DNA from: an uncultured Gammaproteobacteria bacterium
GTDB lineage: Bacteria; Patescibacteriota; Microgenomatia; Woykebacterales; RBG-16-39-9b
Assembly: GCA_965231125.1 (NCBI GenBank)
Contig: OZ246414.1
Span: 643,924-707,923, forward strand
Length of the DNA stretch: 64,000 nucleotides
Direction: 5' to 3'
In this document: one piece after another, positions 60,215-64,000 of the stretch
Layout: every line of letters begins with the position of its first letter
How positions within the stretch are numbered: position 1 is the stretch's first letter
Position numbers and translations under genes: made by a program
The notes under the pieces: model-generated
What the model was told of the DNA's origin: nothing
What the model saw: the letters and a program-made list of their open reading frames with translations, nothing else
The model's database searches: none

Positions 60215-61177
60215 TTAGGCAAGCTCGTCCTCGGCAACGCCGGCCGGCCTTTGAGGTTTCGGCTGCTCCGCCGCTTTTACTTCTGGAGCCGGTGGTGCTG
60301 TTGGTTGTGCTGCCGATTGTGGTTGTACCTTCTCTTTTACTTCAGGGCTTGCGGCGGCCACCGGAGCTATTTTTTCTTCCTCCCTTTCTTTAACTTCTTT
60401 GGTTGGCGGAGCACTTTGAACCGGAACTACCTTTTCTTCTTTACGTTCTTCCTTGGGAACCTCCACTTTCTCTACCGGAGCTTCCTTTTTTGGCGGGGCT
60501 ACTGGAGCTTTGGCTGCCTCTTCTTTTTTCTTTTCAATCACATGCTTAGGTGAAGGCTTGTGCGCAGGCTTTTTCTCTTCTTCTTTTTCTTTTGTCTCTA
60601 CCCTATCCGGCTTTTCTTCTTTAGGTTCTTCGCTTACCGCTCCTACCGAAACTTCTGGGACTGTGGGTTTTTCACGCACCGGTGGTTCCTTACCAACTGC
60701 CGCTTCTACCGCTCCCCAACCAACCTGCAAGTTTTTTGCTGGTAATATTAAAACTACTTCATCACCGACGGCAACATTAAAATGGTCGACGGCGGCAGGA
60801 AGAACTCGGTAAGAGCCCTCGGGTGTAACCGCGTGAAACTTTCCGTCTTTTTTGGTCAGAACTCCTTTAGTCTTGTAGCGTTTAACGTGTTCAAGCTGCT
60901 TAAATCTTTTTTCTTTACCTTCCTCAACTAATTTAAGGACATCGCCCACCACTAACAAACTTTTGGATGCATAATTTGCCGGTACCGGATACTTTTCGCC
61001 GGTCTCCGCTACCATACTCTCACCGTCAAAAGCACCGGTCACTCCGGGAAGAACTTTTTTCTCGACGGCTCCCCTCTCTCCTCCCTGCTCCAAATCGTTA
61101 AGAAGCTGTTTGGCGAGCCTAATGCTGCTCTCCGAGGCCGAAAGCGCCTGACGAATCAATTCAATCTGTTTGGCCAT
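60215..61177 (-). CDS. Conserved hypothetical protein with P/E/K-rich tail
   Basis: G.FDGESM....KYPVPANYASKS.LV.GD.LKL core. Confidence 0.75.
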   Translation of the reverse strand: MAKQIELIRQALSASESSIRLAKQLLNDLEQGGERGAVEKKVLPGVTGAFDGESMVAETGEKYPVPANYASKSLLVVGDVLKLVEEGKEKRFKQLEHVKRYKTKGVLTKKDGKFHAVTPEGSYRVLPAAVDHFNVAVGDEVVLILPAKNLQVGWGAVEAAVGKEPPVREKPTVPEVSVGAVSEEPKEEKPDRVETKEKEEEKKPAHKPSPKHVIEKKKEEAAKAPVAPPKKEAPVEKVEVPKEERKEEKVVPVQSAPPTKEVKEREEEKIAPVAAASPEVKEKVQPQSAAQPTAPPAPEVKAAEQPKPQRPAGVAEDELA

Positions 61178-61224
61178 ACTTTATTACCTCCTTTTGAACT
61201 AATAACCATGAACCAAGAACCAAC

Positions 61225-63954
61225 CTACTCTTTTGGCACAGTCTCTGATGAAATAGCCGCTTCCTCTTCTTGTCTAGTCCCCTCTTGTTTGCGTTCTTGG
61301 ATAACACTTGCCGGCTCAGGAAATCTAAAAATTTCCACTTCCTCACCTTGTTTCATGTTAGGTAGTCCGGGTACATTTTCCCGAACAAATGGCTTTGGCG
61401 CGGGTGCTGCCGGTGCCGGTGTTACAGGCATCGCCGGGCCCACACTCGTCGCAACCTCGATAGGAGCCTCTCTTCGTTCACCGTCAACCGGAACTTCTTG
61501 CACTTTTACTTCTTCCTGTACCGCCCAGGGGGGAGGCAATGGCGGCGCCCCTGGCCGAAACTTCGTCTCGGTCCATTTTTTAATTACTTTTTCAATTCGT
61601 TCAACATCCTTGCCGTATTTCTGGCGCGAAAGGGCTACTGCCCTATCTCTTAGTCCAGTCGCATCTGCAAACGACGGTAAAGACCGCGCGGAAAATGGCT
61701 TCGAGGATTGATCATCCACTTGGAGTTTTAAGTACATTTCGTAACGACCAAGATTTATTATGTCGTTTTCCAAAAATACTGGCGTGAACTCTCTTTCTAA
61801 AAAGTGGGCGTCTGTCGGCCCAACTCCAAAGGATATCAACGTGCCGACGTTCCCAAAAACTGCGTCTTTAACCGTCTCCGGCATTTGTTCGATATACTGG
61901 TGAGTTATAGTAAGATCCAAACGATATTTTCGGGCCTCAGATAGAACTACTGCAAAAGAATCGGTCGCAAAATTCTGAAACTCATCAGCGTAAAGGAAAA
62001 AATCGCGCCTTTGTTCCTCGGGAATATCTACTCTGCGCATCGCCGCAAATTCAAGCTGGGAAACAATCATTGCACCGAGAAGCGAAGTGTTGTTGGATCC
62101 AATTCTACCGGTTGCCAAGTTAACAAAGAAAATCTTACCGCCGTTAATTATCTCATCAACTTTTATTGTACTTTTAGGCTGTCCAACAATATTTCTAATT
62201 AACTCAGAATTCAAAAATTGGCCGACTTTGTTTTGAATTGGGCTGATTGCCTCGGTAATAAGACGCTCATTTCCTTCCATTCTCGCAAACTCATTGTTCC
62301 AAAAAGCTTTCATTTGTGGGTCGCTAATAAGACCGACAATATATTTACGGTAATCTTTATCAGTCAAAAGTCTGGTGACGGAAAGTAGCGAGGTGTTCGG
62401 CACCTCAAGCAAAGTGAGAATACAATTCTTCAAAATATACTCAAGCCTTGGACCCCAGCTTTCCGCAAAATATTTTTTAAAGACATCGACAAGGGAATCC
62501 GCCATCAGGGTTCTTTGTTTTGGATCCACCATTTCCAACATGTTAAGAGCCACTGGGTAGTCGGCATCCGCAGGGTTAAAAATTACTACGTCGTCAAGAC
62601 GGTTTTGCGGGACGAACTCCAAGAGTTCATCGATAAGTTGGCCGTGAGGATCCAGTACCGCCACTCCTTCACCAGCGCGCATGTCTTGAATTACCATGTT
62701 TTTAATCAAGGTACTCTTCCCAGTACCCGTTTTTCCAACAATGTACATGTGCTTGCGGCGATCTGGCTTTTGAATACCAAATTTTACTTGGACATCGCGA
62801 AAGATTGTCTCCCCCACGATGTTAACATTCGTTGTTGGTAGATTTAGTGGCGGCTCCCCTTTCTTAGCCCTTGTCCAAGAAATTGTCGGCGTCTCCACAC
62901 TAATATTTGGCAAGTGGAAAATGGACGCAAGTTCCTCAATATTAAGAATATAATCTCCGGAGTGGGGTTGGGGCGGGAAAAGCCTTTTTTGATAAGCCGT
63001 TAGTAAAGTTGAGGGCTCGGCTGCCTCAAAATCCTGAACGAACCCGTTTAAACTAGCCGTCGAGAACTGTTTAAATGAAGCGACAACACTTGAAAGTTTG
63101 TGGACCGCTTCTTCTTTAGAACTTCCCAAAGCGACAATTCTAATTTTCACCTCAAAGCCCAATTTTGAAAGCTTATTTTCAATCATCTTAAGATCTAACT
63201 CTTGTCCTGCCGAAAGTTTGGGTGGCGGAGCCGGGCGCTCTGGCCCAGGTGGAGGTTGCGGCCCCCGGGCAATGTAAGGAAAAATATTAGCTCCAATTGA
63301 AACTATGTGTTTTCCAACATCGACCATTATATCTTGGGGTTGAATGCTAATTGGAGAAAGACCATCTCGAACCATCTTCACGTAGTCATGGCCTCGCTCT
63401 TGCCAAAAATCGTCAACTGGTCGAATAAGGTATTGGATCCAAGCTTGCTCAATTGGTTTTTGCGTGGCCAGAGCACTAGTTATAGCGGACAATGGGTCTA
63501 CCTCAAAGTCCCGAAAAGTTTTAATTGGAAATGTAAAATCTTTGGCCAAGTCCAGTTCTGTAGCGGCAACGTTCGCCTGCGACCCAACACTTTTGGTGTA
63601 GTCAATTGCTTCTCTTATCTCCGCGTCCGGATATTGGGCGTAGATTTGGGATTCAACAAAATTTTTAAAGGTAACTGGCGTATAAACGTAAAAGCGCACT
63701 CCTTCTATGGAGGAGGCCATTTCCAGGGAAAAATGTTCTTGGGCACCGGGAGTAAAACGCAGTAGCCCGTGCAAGGAGGCAAACATTTGTTCAGCGGCTA
63801 TGGGGAGACGTTCGTTTTCACGTGGGAGTTGGATAGAAAGAAGAATTCCTTCTTCAATGTCGGATTTTTTTATACCAAGCTCACTTTTGCGTGCTTCTCT
63901 CCAAGCCCACAAAAACGAGATAAAAACGGCGATTGCTATTAAAAATATAAACAT
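61225..63954 (-). CDS. VirD4/TrwB-like (HerA/DUF87) ATPase with N-terminal TM
   Basis: HMYIVGKTGTGKST, LDPHG, LYADEFQNF, LSEARKY, HQY, AVFGNVGT. Confidence 0.88.
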   Translation of the reverse strand: MFIFLIAIAVFISFLWAWREARKSELGIKKSDIEEGILLSIQLPRENERLPIAAEQMFASLHGLLRFTPGAQEHFSLEMASSIEGVRFYVYTPVTFKNFVESQIYAQYPDAEIREAIDYTKSVGSQANVAATELDLAKDFTFPIKTFRDFEVDPLSAITSALATQKPIEQAWIQYLIRPVDDFWQERGHDYVKMVRDGLSPISIQPQDIMVDVGKHIVSIGANIFPYIARGPQPPPGPERPAPPPKLSAGQELDLKMIENKLSKLGFEVKIRIVALGSSKEEAVHKLSSVVASFKQFSTASLNGFVQDFEAAEPSTLLTAYQKRLFPPQPHSGDYILNIEELASIFHLPNISVETPTISWTRAKKGEPPLNLPTTNVNIVGETIFRDVQVKFGIQKPDRRKHMYIVGKTGTGKSTLIKNMVIQDMRAGEGVAVLDPHGQLIDELLEFVPQNRLDDVVIFNPADADYPVALNMLEMVDPKQRTLMADSLVDVFKKYFAESWGPRLEYILKNCILTLLEVPNTSLLSVTRLLTDKDYRKYIVGLISDPQMKAFWNNEFARMEGNERLITEAISPIQNKVGQFLNSELIRNIVGQPKSTIKVDEIINGGKIFFVNLATGRIGSNNTSLLGAMIVSQLEFAAMRRVDIPEEQRRDFFLYADEFQNFATDSFAVVLSEARKYRLDLTITHQYIEQMPETVKDAVFGNVGTLISFGVGPTDAHFLEREFTPVFLENDIINLGRYEMYLKLQVDDQSSKPFSARSLPSFADATGLRDRAVALSRQKYGKDVERIEKVIKKWTETKFRPGAPPLPPPWAVQEEVKVQEVPVDGERREAPIEVATSVGPAMPVTPAPAAPAPKPFVRENVPGLPNMKQGEEVEIFRFPEPASVIQERKQEGTRQEEEAAISSETVPKE

Positions 63955-64000
63955 TTATGTATTTTTAGCCCATTTTGCCTGCGGGACTAGACCTCCCTTT

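Overview
Chromosomal segment of a small-genome bacterium using genetic code 11. Gene content (type IV pilus cluster, short HolB, one Xer recombinase, TM-anchored Clp ATPase, lone VirD4-like ATPase, many single-TM surface proteins, orphan metabolic enzymes) suggests a Patescibacteria/CPR organism, probably Microgenomates-like; this is inference. It carries pilins-pilD-pilC-pilT-pilB, gyrB/gyrA, glyA, xer, dinB, fabF, copA, thrB, ruvC, yebC and a RelE/Phd toxin-antitoxin pair. No rRNA, tRNA or CRISPR array was seen. Highlights: (1) a three-gene operon at 49.7-53.8 kb of secreted N/D/S/T-rich proteins built from one ~87-aa 'TGDNSADKNTGDG' repeat, present as a free subunit, a TM-anchored subunit and an LPNTG sortase-type subunit, behind a DUF2292-like gene and an attenuator-like leader: a candidate surface fibre or functional-amyloid system; (2) unannotated structured RNAs, including a ~420-nt RNA with two kissing-loop pairings between gyrB and gyrA, a ~300-nt minus-strand RNA, a 6S-like RNA and a recurring three-way-junction motif; (3) a near-symmetric dif-like site where gene orientation converges; (4) palindromic or tandem insertions inside coding genes, apparent widespread leaderless transcription, and several small ORFs and pseudogenes missing from the ORF track. 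All structures and family calls were made by eye and need computational confirmation.
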